Positions 34,160 to 46,580 of a stretch of DNA of 64,000 bases are shown in pieces. Position 1 is the first letter of the stretch, and every line of letters begins with the position of its first letter. A program made the translations under genes and the position numbers. The notes below the pieces were generated by a model. That model was not told the DNA's origin. It ran no database searches and saw nothing but the letters and a program-made list of their open reading frames with translations. Origin of the DNA: Antedon mediterranea (Eukaryota > Animalia > Echinodermata); assembly GCF_964355755.1 (NCBI RefSeq), contig NC_092672.1:4836001-4900000 (forward strand), written 5' to 3'.

Positions 34160-34802
34160 TGTGTACAGGATGAAGAGTAATATTAATTAAAAATGATGGT
34201 ATGAAATAATCAAATCATTTCCAGCAACAGGTATCAGTATTAAGTTACATTTATAGGTCATATCAATAATTCACTTCCTTATGGATCTACCAGTTACAAT
34301 ATCTCAAGAAGGCTACAGTAGTTATCTAACCAACACAAAAGATTAATTTCCTCAACTTGTTTATCTTTTGTATCTTCAAGGAAGAGTTAAATTAATGTAA
34401 CTCTTCCCTGGTATCTTGTATACTTTTTAGACTTCATCATGTCATCAACATATATCTCTTTTCCAGTGCAAGTAATTCTCTGTTGTTATAGGATGAATAA
34501 TGTTGAATCTTTGAAAATCCAATGTAGCTATAACACCACCGAACCGGTATTCAGTGTTAAGTTACTAGCAGAGAAGATAATCCGGTAGATTATGAAACAA
34601 CAGTGCTTTTTAGTGGTCTTGATGATGACAAACTACACAGGTTTTAACTCTAGTAAAATATGACTGGCAGTGGTAGGCCTACAGCGAGTGACTTTTTAGA
34701 ACTGAAACGAATTAAATAGGCAGTTTGGATTATTCTTTGATGTTGTCGATGATACAAATCCTTCTTTCATTCGTCCATGGTAGGGCTTGGAAAAAGGTAT
34801 GT

Positions 34803-35762
34803 CTACAGACAAATCTCGTTTTCTGGATTTTTAGCTGTGGCAGACGCTTTGTTAAAAAGACGACGCAGAGCAGATGAAAATTTCCGGAGACGACAAACAT
34901 ATATGAAAGGATTGACAGCTGAACTCATAGTGATTAGAACTTCAGCACTCAAAACATACAAGTACACGTCTGAGCGTTGGTATCCGAACGAGTATACGAC
35001 CGGTCTCAGGGCATATGGCAAGTACACAATAATGAATGCTCCGATGATGATAGCACTCGTTTTAGCTGCTCTGTATCTTTTACGAACAATCTTACGTGTG
35101 CTTACTGGAATACTGACTATGTTTTTCTCATGTTTCCTTGCTTCTAAAACAATTCTGAAATACATTGTGCTCAGTAAGATTATACCAATTGATCCCATGG
35201 CTAAGGTTATGTAACGTTGAACTTCAATAGCGAGTCGATTCATCTGGTAGCAGAAGAAAATTCCATCAATTTTTTCCATTTCTCCGAACAATTGTATCAT
35301 GCCGTAAAAACAACTTATAATCCATGACAAAGCAATAGAAAAGTAAATTCGACGGAGAGTTATAATTTTATGATAGTGTAGTGGTTTTATGATAGAAACG
35401 TAGCGATCCACTGTGATAAACAGAAAGTGGAACCAAGAGACAGAGGCACAGATCTTTGAAGGAATATACTGTAACTCGCATACATCAATGTCCTGTAGAT
35501 AGAGAGATCTCCGTAATATACAACCCCACACATATATTGGTACGGCGATAATTCCTGTGAGTAGGTCCACAAACGCTAAGCTTCCTAATAAAATAAATTG
35601 TACTTCGTCATAACTTCGAGTTTGTCGCAGTACAACGAGGATAAGCGCGTTTCCAACAATAACAACTGTATCCAACGGTATATACACTGATAGAAAGAAA
35701 ATCAAATTATCTCTCATTTCATCTGTCGTAATATTTCTGTTGAGTGTAACAACTTCATCCAT
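34803..35762 (-). CDS. intronless class A GPCR (type E duplicate), 319 aa
   Basis: Complete 7TM ORF. Confidence 0.93.
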   Translation of the reverse strand: MDEVVTLNRNITTDEMRDNLIFFLSVYIPLDTVVIVGNALILVVLRQTRSYDEVQFILLGSLAFVDLLTGIIAVPIYVWGCILRRSLYLQDIDVCELQYIPSKICASVSWFHFLFITVDRYVSIIKPLHYHKIITLRRIYFSIALSWIISCFYGMIQLFGEMEKIDGIFFCYQMNRLAIEVQRYITLAMGSIGIILLSTMYFRIVLEARKHEKNIVSIPVSTRKIVRKRYRAAKTSAIIIGAFIIVYLPYALRPVVYSFGYQRSDVYLYVLSAEVLITMSSAVNPFIYVCRLRKFSSALRRLFNKASATAKNPENEICL

Positions 35763-36121
35763 TATGTACAGAATTTAGAGTAATATTAATTAAAAATGAT
35801 GGTATAAAAAAGGCGAGTTGTTTCCTGTAACAGGTATAATCCTATCAATACTGTATTGCAATTCTAGGCCGTGTAATAATAATTCATTCCCAGTAAACAA
35901 ACATAAATATCAGAAGCTATAATCTGTATGTTTCATATTACAAAGTACTGTATCAGAAAATGATATTGTTGACCAGCAGAAAAAAACTAAGACAGGTTAT
36001 CAACTAAAAATGATACGAAAGATTACTGTAATCTGTACGATAGAAAGAAATGAAAAGAGTAGTTATATTATAATCCCCAATTTGGTTATCCTTTATATGT
36101 TGTACCTTTTATCATAATTGT

Positions 36122-37299
36122 GGTAATTCACTGGACTCCCATGACAACCAGTTTGCCTTCAAATCTGGTCACTCAACCGAATTGTGTTTATTTGCTCTTA
36201 AACAGATTATCAAGCATTACAACAATCATGGAAGCCCAGTTTATTGCTGTTTCTTGGACGCTAGCAAAGCCATTGATAAAGTGAACCACTGGACACTTTT
36301 CAAGACCTTAATTGACAGGGGTACCCCTTCACCTATAGTCAATATATTGAGGTCATGGTATAAGAATCAGGAATTTGTTGTCAGATGGGGTAGTTCCGTT
36401 TCCGATTCTTTCAAAGTTCGTAATGGGATTCGCCAAGGAGGCGTTATGTCCCCTTTACTTTACAATGTGTACACTGATCCGTTAACTGTTGAATTACTAA
36501 ATCAAAAGAAGGTTGTGAAATTAACAGTCTTAAACTGAATTGCCTAAGCTTTGCCGATGACTTGGTCCTGTTGGCTCCGTCAGTGGCTGGCTTACAAAGC
36601 CTAATTGGACTCTGTGAAGGTTTTGCTAGTGACCATGATATTACTTTTAATGAAACCAAATCCAAATGCTTGCTCAAAGGTGTTCCACATATTACCTTAA
36701 ATGGGGCACCTCTAAACGTTGATAATTCAATAACCTATCTTGGTCATGTGATCAGTAATAATCTGAGTGATGAAAGTGACATCAAACGTCAATATCGATC
36801 TATTTGCATTAGGGCCAACTCCCTTAATAGAAAGTTTGGAAAATGTTCTACTACGACTAAATATTAAGAGTTACTTTGTCAGCATGTACTGTTCAACCTT
36901 ATGGTGTAGGTATAATAAGAGCACTCTGAGATCACTGAAAGTATGTTATAACAATGCCTTACGTTTGCTGCTGAAGCAGCCTAAAAATTGTAGTGCAAGC
37001 ATGATGTTTGTCTTAAATGACGTCCCATCCTTTGATGAGTTCATTAGAAAATCTGTTTTTAGTTTTAAAAATCGTGTGAACGCAAGTAGTAATTCTTTGA
37101 TCATGGCCATTAATCGCCACGTTCTTAATGTGTCAAGAATGCACATACAATGGAATGCCTTGTTGCATTGACTTTATATATTTATATATTTTTGTTTTTG
37201 TTCTATGAGCTCTTAGATTAAGATTTTTTTTTCTCTCTTTTGCTATGGATATATTATGTCACCATGGTATTCCAAAATAAAAAGATGAATAAATGAATG
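36122..37299 (+). mobile_element. 5'-truncated L2/CR1-group LINE (reverse transcriptase fragment, frameshifted)
   Basis: NQFAFKSGHST..FLDASKAIDKVNH..NGIRQGGVMSPLLYN..FADDLVLLAPS; TGAA-type tail; AATTGT at 36116-36121 and 37300-37305; empty site at ~15061-15078. Confidence 0.88.
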
Positions 37300-38621
37300 A
37301 ATTGTCATTATCATATGTTAATTATTTTTTCCAATGCGAGTAATTCTCTGTTGTTATAGGATGAATAAATGAATATTTGAAAAAACAATAAGGCCGTTAA
37401 ACCGAACCAGTAATTAATGTTACCAGCAGAAAAGAAGATAAAGAAGAAAATACTCTCAGAAGATTATGACAAACTGCACAGGGTTTCAATTCTAGTAAAA
37501 TATGTTAAACTCGGTATAGGATATGTTAGTATAGTACAGTGCCTGACTCGTTAGTATTCGCACACCACCATTTTCTGAAACCGGAAAACCAAGAAAACAC
37601 CAAGAAAAGGTTTTAGTTTATAAATAGTATGTTTCAGGCTTCAAATAAAATACTTAAAAAATACAAACTTTCACAGTTGACAAGACATTAAAATACTTAA
37701 AGATGAATTGCCCCCCCCCCCCTCCACCCTCCATCCCCCTCAACAAAATAATTTTTAATTTTTTGTAATATGCCATTTTAATATTACATAATATTTATCC
37801 ATTTTCACAAACAATTGGATATAAAAAATGTATTTACCTGAAGAAACTGTAATTTAAAAAAAAAAAAATAGTTAAATTGGCTGCTAGCCAGTTAATTTTT
37901 TGGTTGAATTTAACCATTTATTTTGTCATTTTATAAGTGAACATTGTTTATCTACGAAAGTGATTAACTTTATTAAATTTATAAAATAACCTATCTAAAG
38001 TCTGATTTAATTAATCTTTATTCTTCATGTAAACAATGTATGTAGATAATACATCTTAAAGTTTTTTTACAGTTTATTGCGTGATGTTGAATAACATAAT
38101 CTAAAATTAGAAATAGTTAAGTCGTTTTAATACAGAAACAATAAATAACGCCAATTGATAGTAAATTGATCGCTGTTTCAAACGCAGTAGCCAAGCACTA
38201 AACAGTACTCATATCAGGACGTATACAATCCTTTATGATACATGACCCAACTTCTACAAAATAGTTTTCTGAAGTTTGCCAAAAGTTTTTCAACTGATTT
38301 ACCTTTGGCAAATTGTAACTACCAGAGTTTGTAAACTGGAGTTTGCCAGTGAGACTAGACTTAAGTCGGGATTTAGTTTATAAATATGTTTCAGGCTTCA
38401 CATAGAGTTTGTTTTAAATACTTTAAAAATACATATCTAGACGTATACATTAATTCCCTATGATAGATGACCCAACTTCTGCAAACTAGTTTTCTGAAAT
38501 TTGCAGAAGTTTGTCAATTGGTCTACACTAGTAATTTTATCAAATGGTAATTACCAGAGTTTGTAAACTGGAGTTTGCTGGTAAATGGGGTTTAGTTTAA
38601 TTTATTATTTTAATTAATTTA

Positions 38622-41621
38622 CTCTAGTAGCTAGATCAACTTTCGTATGCACTTTGAGGTCCAGAGAATTTGACTTCAGAAATTGGTTTAGGGTGGTCAA
38701 ACAATCATTTTTGGCTTGGTTACACATTTTGAAAATGTGGCGAAAGGTCAAAAGGTCAGGGTCAAAGGTTATAAGATCAAACACCATTATGTCCTTAAAT
38801 CTCAACAACCACTGGTCACAGCGAGGTAATTTTGGTCTCAAATTGATCAGAAGGTATACATTCATATTCAGTATAATGAAACATTTTAGTCGAAAATGAC
38901 CGGAAATGCCATTTCTGACCTTTGACCAATAAACCAGGGCATATCTGTATCTCCGTAACTATTGGCCGTAGAGACTTGAATTTGGGCTCAAATTGTTCGA
39001 AATATACATTTAGTTATTTGTTACACATTTTGAACAATGTTACAAAAGGTCAAAAGGTCAAGGCCAGGGGTTATATGAATAAACACAAATAGGTATTTGT
39101 ATCTCGGCAACCACTGGTCACAGCGAGTAAATTTTGGTCTCAAAATGTTCAGAAGGTATACATTCATATTCAGTCTAATGAAACATTTTAGTAAAAAATG
39201 ACCGGAAATGACATTTCTGACCTTTGACATACATACCAGGGCATCTTCTTATCTCTGTAAGTACAGGTCGTATAAACTTAAATTTAGTATCAAATTGTTA
39301 GAAATACACATATTTACATTCATTCTAACAGAAAATTTGGATAAAAAATGATCAGAAATACTATTAATTACTAATCTTTTAAATGAAAAACATATCTACC
39401 CAACTTATCATTAGACAGTAATGTTATGCAATAATTGATGCTTAATGATTTCATTATACTGTAGGAATTAAAACAAATCCTTTACTGTTTGTAATAATTG
39501 TACTTTTGCTTATAATAATGCTAGAAAGTGTTGTTGACCCCCGAACGTTCAAACATTTTTGAGAATGCTAGAAGTAATTTACTGTAGTTACCCGAATAAA
39601 AGCCTCGGGCATTTATTTATTCAGGGAAGGCGTTTATTTTGTTGGGTGTAATAATGGTAACATGTATAATCAAATAAATACACCCCAGATATATATATAA
39701 ATAAAGATATATATATATATAATAAGAATAATAACGGGATTAAACCTCATTCTATCCTGGTGGAAGTACAATCATGTAGGCCTAATAAAAGGTATCGGAG
39801 ACCACAATAATAGACCAAGTCATTGTCATTATTACGTAACACTGTTGCATAATAGTTTTGAATGTCAACGACAAAACTTATACATATACACGTCTGTTCC
39901 CAGTGTAGATAATAAAACAATATATATTTCTGGAGATTTATTATCAATACCACTAGAAACTTTGACATGTTTTAGGTACTGAATGCATTGACAATAAAAG
40001 CATCAGAAGTTTATCATGATAAAATCATACTACAACACTGTACTACAGTACACAAGGGTGTTTTCAGGAAAGCTGGACATATTGTACAATAGTAATGAAA
40101 CTATGTATTGGCATTTAAAACTATGCAAAAGATTGTTGTCAAATTGTAGTTACAAACAAATAGATGATAGAATGAAGATCCATTATGAGTGCAATCGTGT
40201 CAGGATAATGATGTGTCATTGTTTTATATCATTATACTGGCACCTGGAGGAGAAGATCCATTTAATGGAATCTATCACTTTTATTTTAAAAGACAGAAAG
40301 ATTTCGTTAAAAAGCATAAAGAGGAAAACGAATCATGTAAAGTACCTTTTATCAGTTGAGAAACGAAATACAATTATTAAAATTAGAGTATTCCTTCAAA
40401 TAAACGCCACCATTCCCTCCAATAGAACACCATGTGGAATAAACGCCCCGCCACATGCATTTACACAATAATTGTATCACGTCAACACATTTCATTAACT
40501 ACCATAAATCTACAATTTACCAAGCATTTTGACATAATTTTATCACTTTTTATATTAATTGTGCAGTATTTTTTTACATCTAGGTGGTATTTATTTGATT
40601 ATACATGTTACCATATTATACCCCAAATAAAGATGCCTTCTTTCCCCCTAAAAACCATTTTGAACAATGAATGCCTGGGGCGTTTAATCGGATACATATG
40701 GCAAGTTACTTCTAGCATTCTGAAAAGAACTGTTGAGCTTAACGTTTCTATCAAAATGTCCTCGGGGACAGCAATAACTAGTATTTGAAATTAAAACAAT
40801 TTAAAGTATCAGTTATTGCATAACATTACTGTCTAAGGATAAGTTGTGTAGATATGTTTTTTGTTTGAAACATTGGTAATAGTATTTCTGTTCATCTTTT
40901 AACCACATTTTCTATTACAATGAATGTAAATATATATATTTCGAACAATTTGATACCAAATTTAAGTTTCTACGACCTGTACTTACAGAGATATGAAGAT
41001 GCCCTGGTATGTGGGTCAAAGGTCAGAAATGGCATTTCTGATCATTTTTGACTAAAATGCCCCATTAGATGGAATATAAATGCATGCCTTCTAAACATTT
41101 TGAGACCAAAATTGACTTGCTGCGACCAGTGGTTGCCGAGATACAAGTACCTTCTTTTATTTGTTCAAATAACCCATGACCTTGACCCTTTGACCTTTTG
41201 TAACATTTTTCAAAATGTGTAACAAATAACAAAACATATATTTCGAACAATTTAAAACCAAATTCAAGTGTCTACGACCAGTAGTTACGGAGATACATAC
41301 ATGCCCTAGGTTGTGGGTCAAAGGTCATAAATGGCATTTCCGGTCATTTTTTAATAAAATGTCCCATTAGACTGAATATAAATGTATACCTTCTGATTAA
41401 TTTAAGACCAAAATTACCTCGTTGTGACCAGTGGTTGTTGAGATTTAAGGACATATTTATGTTTGGTCTTATGACTTTTCACCTTGACCTTTTGACCTTT
41501 CGCCACATTTTCAAAATGTGTAACCAAGCCAAATATGATTGTTTGACCACCCTAAACCAATTTCTGAAGTCAAATTCTCTGGACCTCAAAGTGCATACGA
41601 AAGTTGATCTAGCTACTAGAG
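38622..41621. mobile_element. 3.0-kb foldback-like DNA element with ~1.07-kb inverted arms
   Basis: TA|CTCTAGTAGCTAGATCAAC...GTTGATCTAGCTACTAGAG|TA; arms ~38622-39690 and ~40575-41621, each with ~300-bp subrepeats; no transposase seen. Confidence 0.85.
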
Positions 41622-41869
41622 TAATTATATTAATTTAAATATTTAATATAAACACAATATGTAAGAAGGCTGTTGAAATATGTATGTATGTATTTTCCAG
41701 ACAGAAAGTCCAGACAGTTAACGGGTAAACAGTAACTGACTAAAACTCACGTTGCAGCTCCGTTGCATTTTATAGGCGAACACAGTTGTTATGCAAATTA
41801 TGTTCTACTTACATTGGCTAAGTACACCACGTGGTATAATACTACTTTACTGTAACAACATCTAATAAT

Positions 41870-41941
41870 AGAGCAACAATTAAATTATTTATAATTTCGT
41901 CTGTAGTAAAATTCCTGCTTATATACATTTCATTCATTCAT
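41870..41941 (-). pseudogene. degenerate GPCR N-terminal stub
   Basis: AACAATTAAATTAT...TTTCGTCTGTAGTAAAATTCCTGCTTATATACATTTCATTCAT resembles the start of the type A gene. Confidence 0.5.
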
Positions 41942-42532
41942 AATTATTATTATTATCATTAGTGTTAGTGTTATTGTTATTATTATTATTATACAGTAAG
42001 ATTATTATAAATCAAGATGGTATTGAATCTTGTTATCTACTAAAAACTTATATTTTCCTTTTATTAATATCCAATCATCAAGGGCCTATTTTGACACGCA
42101 TTTCATGTGGTATCAAACAATTCATTTCCTTAATATTATAAAAAACACCAGAAAACAATACAGCAAATATGAAATTTGTAATTTTTCACATATCAAATTG
42201 CAAAAATGATAGGTCAATGTTAAAATACTGTTAATAGACAGATGTTCGCCGAAGTTTGTCAACTGGTCTACACTAGTAAATTTGGCAAATTGTAATTACC
42301 AGAGTTTTCTTGAGTTCGCATTCATTAACTGCTGTCCTTAGTAATAATGAAACTTACTAAAATAGGCCTGACAATTACCGAGCTGGCTACAAATTATCTT
42401 AAAACATTAATCACAGAACAGCATAAGATTATCAACTTTTAAGCATGAAAATAGATAAAGAAAAATCTTGATAAAAAAAAGTCCAGCAATATGACCAGCA
42501 TCGGTTGTTCGCTTCGAAACTATAGTAAGAAA

Positions 42533-43441
42533 TTAGTTTAAAAGACGTCGAAGAGCACATGAAAATTGCTGTAGACGCCAAACATATATAAACGGATTTA
42601 CTGCAGAGCTCATATAGAGAAGAAGTTTTGCAATCACATTATACCAATACAAGTCTGACGGTTGATATACCAAATATAGGACTGGTTTCATAGCATACGG
42701 TAAAAACGCAATAACGAATGCTCCGATGATCAAAGCACTCGTTTTAGCTGCTCTGTATCTTTTCCGAACAACCTTTCGTGTTTTTACTGGAATACTGACT
42801 ATGTTTTTCTCATGTTTCCTTGCTTCTAAAGCAATTCTGAAATACATTATCATCAACAGGATTGTACCGATCGGCACCAAGACTAAACTTACGTAACTTT
42901 GAACTTCAAAAGCACGTCGACTCATTTGATAGCAGAATAAAATGCCATCAATCTTCTTAATTTTTCCAAACAATCGTATCATGCCGTAAAAACAACCCAT
43001 GATCCATGACATAGCAATAGAGAAGTAGATTCTACGAATAGTTATAAGTTTATGATAATGTAGCGGTTTCATGATAGAAACGTAGCGATCCACGATTATT
43101 AAAAGGAGATGAAAAACGGAGATCGAAATAAATATTGTTGATGGAATATTCTGTAACTCACACTGATAAAAATTCTGTAAATAGAGAGATCTATGTAAGA
43201 TACAACCCGACAAATATATTGGTACTGCGATCATTCCTGTTAGTAGGTCCACAAACGCTAAGCTTCCCAGTAAAACAAACTGTGGTTCGTCATAACTTCG
43301 AGTGTGTCGTATTACAAAAAGAACAAGTGCGTTTCCAACAATAACAACTAAACCCAATGGTATGTACACTGCTAGAACAAATATCAAATTATCTCTCATT
43401 TCTTCAGTCGTGATATTTCTGCTTGTAAAAACTTCATCCAT
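42533..43441 (-). CDS. intronless class A GPCR (F/G chimera), 302 aa
   Basis: Complete 7TM ORF; upstream DNA and N-terminus match type F (16894 side), 3' end and downstream DNA match type G (19516 side). Confidence 0.92.
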   Translation of the reverse strand: MDEVFTSRNITTEEMRDNLIFVLAVYIPLGLVVIVGNALVLFVIRHTRSYDEPQFVLLGSLAFVDLLTGMIAVPIYLSGCILHRSLYLQNFYQCELQNIPSTIFISISVFHLLLIIVDRYVSIMKPLHYHKLITIRRIYFSIAMSWIMGCFYGMIRLFGKIKKIDGILFCYQMSRRAFEVQSYVSLVLVPIGTILLMIMYFRIALEARKHEKNIVSIPVKTRKVVRKRYRAAKTSALIIGAFVIAFLPYAMKPVLYLVYQPSDLYWYNVIAKLLLYMSSAVNPFIYVWRLQQFSCALRRLLN

Positions 43442-45079
43442 TGTGTATAGAATGTAAAGTACTTTAGTATTAATTAAATATTAAGAATGATAACATTAAT
43501 TGGCTTCCTATTGCACCAACCGTTTCCTGTAGATAATTGATAAATTCAACACGTACAATCTTTTGTATCTTGTACATTTTAACATATTTTAATTATCTTT
43601 TCCAATGCGAGTAATTCTCTGTTGTTATAGGATGAATAAATGAATATTTGAAAAAAAAATAAGGCCGTTAAACCGAACCGGTAATTAATGTTACTAGCAG
43701 AGAAGAAGATAAAGAAGAAAATACTCTTAGAAGATTGTGACAAACTGCACGGGTTTCAATTCTAGTAAAATATCTTAAACCCGGTATAGGATATGGTAGT
43801 CTAGTACAGTGCCTGACTCGTTGGTATTCCTACACCACCATTTTCTGAAACTGGAAAACCAAGAAAACACCAATGTTTGTCAGTCGTAATATTTCTGCTT
43901 GTAAAATGTTCATCCATTGTGTATAGAATGTAAAGTAATATTTTTTTTTCAAGATGGTATTGAGTGAACAATCCTTTCCTGAAATATCAATATCCAATCA
44001 GTAGAAGCCTATACCAACTGAATGGATATTTTTTCTACAGATTTTATTAAGAATTTACAATTACAGTAAAATACATCAAAATCAAATCGTCTGCTTTCAG
44101 GCAAGTCTTCCGAGAAAATGGGGACATAAAATTAATTACATTTGTAGAAGATAGAAGCTGAATGAGCCAAGAATACAAACAAAGATTAATAAAATTATAA
44201 AATGCAAAGTGTAGTTAACATATATTATACAGTAATATTATTATAAATCAAGATGGTAGGCCTATTGAATCAACTTGTTATCTATAGTAATCAATTATAT
44301 TATATCATATATTATAGCAATCTTTTCCTCTAATTTATGAACATCCAATCATCAGGGACCTATTTTGACACGCAATCTGATTCCATGTGGTATCAATTCA
44401 TTTCCTTAATATTATAAAAACACCAGAAAACAATACAGTAAACATGAAATTTGTAATTTTTCTTCCTTATAACATTTTATTACTTATAAAACATTTTATT
44501 TGTACGGCATTTTCAGCTTTGTGGTGCATGACTTAACTTTTTCAAAAAATTAAGATTCAAGACATTTTGTTGGTTCATTTAAAATAACAAATTATTTTGC
44601 TTTGGCATAATCAAGACATTTTGTTGGTTCACTAAAAATGGAAAATCATTTTGCTTTGGCATAATTAAGACAATAAAACTCGGGATAAAATTACAGAAAA
44701 ATATATAAAATTGCAAAAATGATAGGTCAATGTTAAAATACTGTTAATAGACAAATGTTGATACTTACAAACTAGTTCGCCAAAGTTTGTCAACTGGTCT
44801 ACACTAGTAACTTTGGCAAATTGTAACTACCAGAGTTTTCTCGAGTTTGCATACATTAACTCCTGTCCTTAGTAATAATTGAACTTACTAAAATAGGCCT
44901 GAAAATTACGGAGCTGGCTACAAATTATCTTAAAACAATTAATTACAGAACAGCATAAGATTATCAACTTTTAAGCATGAAAATAGATAAAGAAAAATCT
45001 TGACACAAAAATGTCCAACAATATGACCAGCATCGGTTGTTCGCTTTGACACTATAGTAAGAAATTAGTTTAAAAGACG

Positions 45080-45943
45080 TCAAACATATATAAATGGATT
45101 TACTGCAGAGCTCATATAGAGAAGAAGTTCTGCAATCAGATCATACCAATACAAGTCTGACGGTTGGTATACCAAATATAGGACTGGTTTCATAGCAAAC
45201 GGTAAAAACGCAATAACGAATGCTCCGATGATAAAAACACTCGTTTTAGCTGCTCTGTATCTTTTCCGAACAACCTTTCGTGTTTTTACTGGAATACTGA
45301 CTATGTTTTTCTCATGTTTCCTTGCTTCTAAAACAATTCTGAAACACATTATCATCAACAGGATTGTACCAATCGGCACCAAGACTAAACTTACGTAATT
45401 TTTAACTTCAAAAGCGCGTCGACTAATCTGGTAGCAGAAGAAAATGCCATCAATCTTCTTAATTCCTCCAAACAATCGTATCATGCCGTAAAAACAACCC
45501 ATAATCCATGACATAGCAATAGAGAAGTAGATTCTACAGAGAGTTATAAGTTTATGATAATGTAGCGGTTTCATGATAGAAACGTAGCGATCCACGATTA
45601 TTAAAAGGAGATGCAAAACGGAGGTCGAAATAAATATTGATGATGGAATATACTGTAACTCACACTCATAAAAATTCGGTAAATAGAGAGATCTATGTAA
45701 GATCCAACCCCACATATACATTGGTACGGCGATAATTCCTGTGAGTAGGTCCACAAATGCTAAGCTTCCCAGTAAAACAAATTGTGGTTCGTCATAACTT
45801 CGAGTTTGTCGAATTACAAAAAGAACAAGCACGTTTCCAACAACAATAACTAAACCCAATGGTATGTACACTGCTAGAACAAATATCAAATTATCTCTCA
45901 TTTCGTCAGTCGTGATATTTCTGCTTGTAAAAACTTCATCCAT
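45080..45943 (-). CDS. class A GPCR truncated right after NPFIYV (no helix 8), 287 aa; possibly pseudogene
   Basis: 30-bp deletion between AGACG repeats (compare 42543-42577) creates a TGA immediately after TM7. Confidence 0.75.
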   Translation of the reverse strand: MDEVFTSRNITTDEMRDNLIFVLAVYIPLGLVIVVGNVLVLFVIRQTRSYDEPQFVLLGSLAFVDLLTGIIAVPMYMWGWILHRSLYLPNFYECELQYIPSSIFISTSVLHLLLIIVDRYVSIMKPLHYHKLITLCRIYFSIAMSWIMGCFYGMIRLFGGIKKIDGIFFCYQISRRAFEVKNYVSLVLVPIGTILLMIMCFRIVLEARKHEKNIVSIPVKTRKVVRKRYRAAKTSVFIIGAFVIAFLPFAMKPVLYLVYQPSDLYWYDLIAELLLYMSSAVNPFIYV

Positions 45944-46580
45944 TGTGTATAGAATGTAAAGTACTTTAGTATTAACTAAATATTAAGAATGATAACATTA
46001 ATTGGCTTCCTATTGCACCAACCCTTTCCTGTAGATAATTGATAAATTCAACACGTACAATCTTTTGTATCTTGGACATTTTAACATATTTTAATTATCT
46101 TTTCCAATGCGAGTAATTCTCTGTTGTTATAGGATGAATAAATGAATATTTGAAAAAAAAATAAGGCCGTTAAACCGAACCAGTAATTAATGTTACTAGC
46201 AGAGAAGAAGATAAAGAAGAAAATACACTCAGAAGATTGAGACAAACTGCACGGGTTTCAATTCTAGTAAAATATGTTAAACTCGGTATAGGATATGGTA
46301 GTCTAGTACAGTGCCTGACTGGTTGGTATTCCTGCACCACCATTTTCTGAAACTGGAAAACCAAGAAAACACCAATGTTTGTCAGTCGTAATATTTTTGC
46401 TTGTAAAATGTTCATCCATTGTGTATAGAATGTAAAGTAATATTTTTTTTCAAGATGGTATTGAGAGAACAATCCGTTTCCTGAAATATCAATATCCAAT
46501 CAGTATAGGCCTATACCAACTGAATGGATATTTTTTCTACAGATTTTACTAAGAATTTACAATTACAGTAAAATACATCA

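Larger units (their letters stand above)
20715..37600. repeat. segmental duplication, copy 2
   Basis: Collinear with 160-15330, plus copy-specific insertions (21746-23706, 36122-37299). Confidence 0.85.

Noticed and set aside
39747-40788. ORFs in the spacer of the foldback element as a transposase or captured gene
   Set aside because: No DDE, zinc-finger or other recognisable motif; AT-rich, low-information translations.
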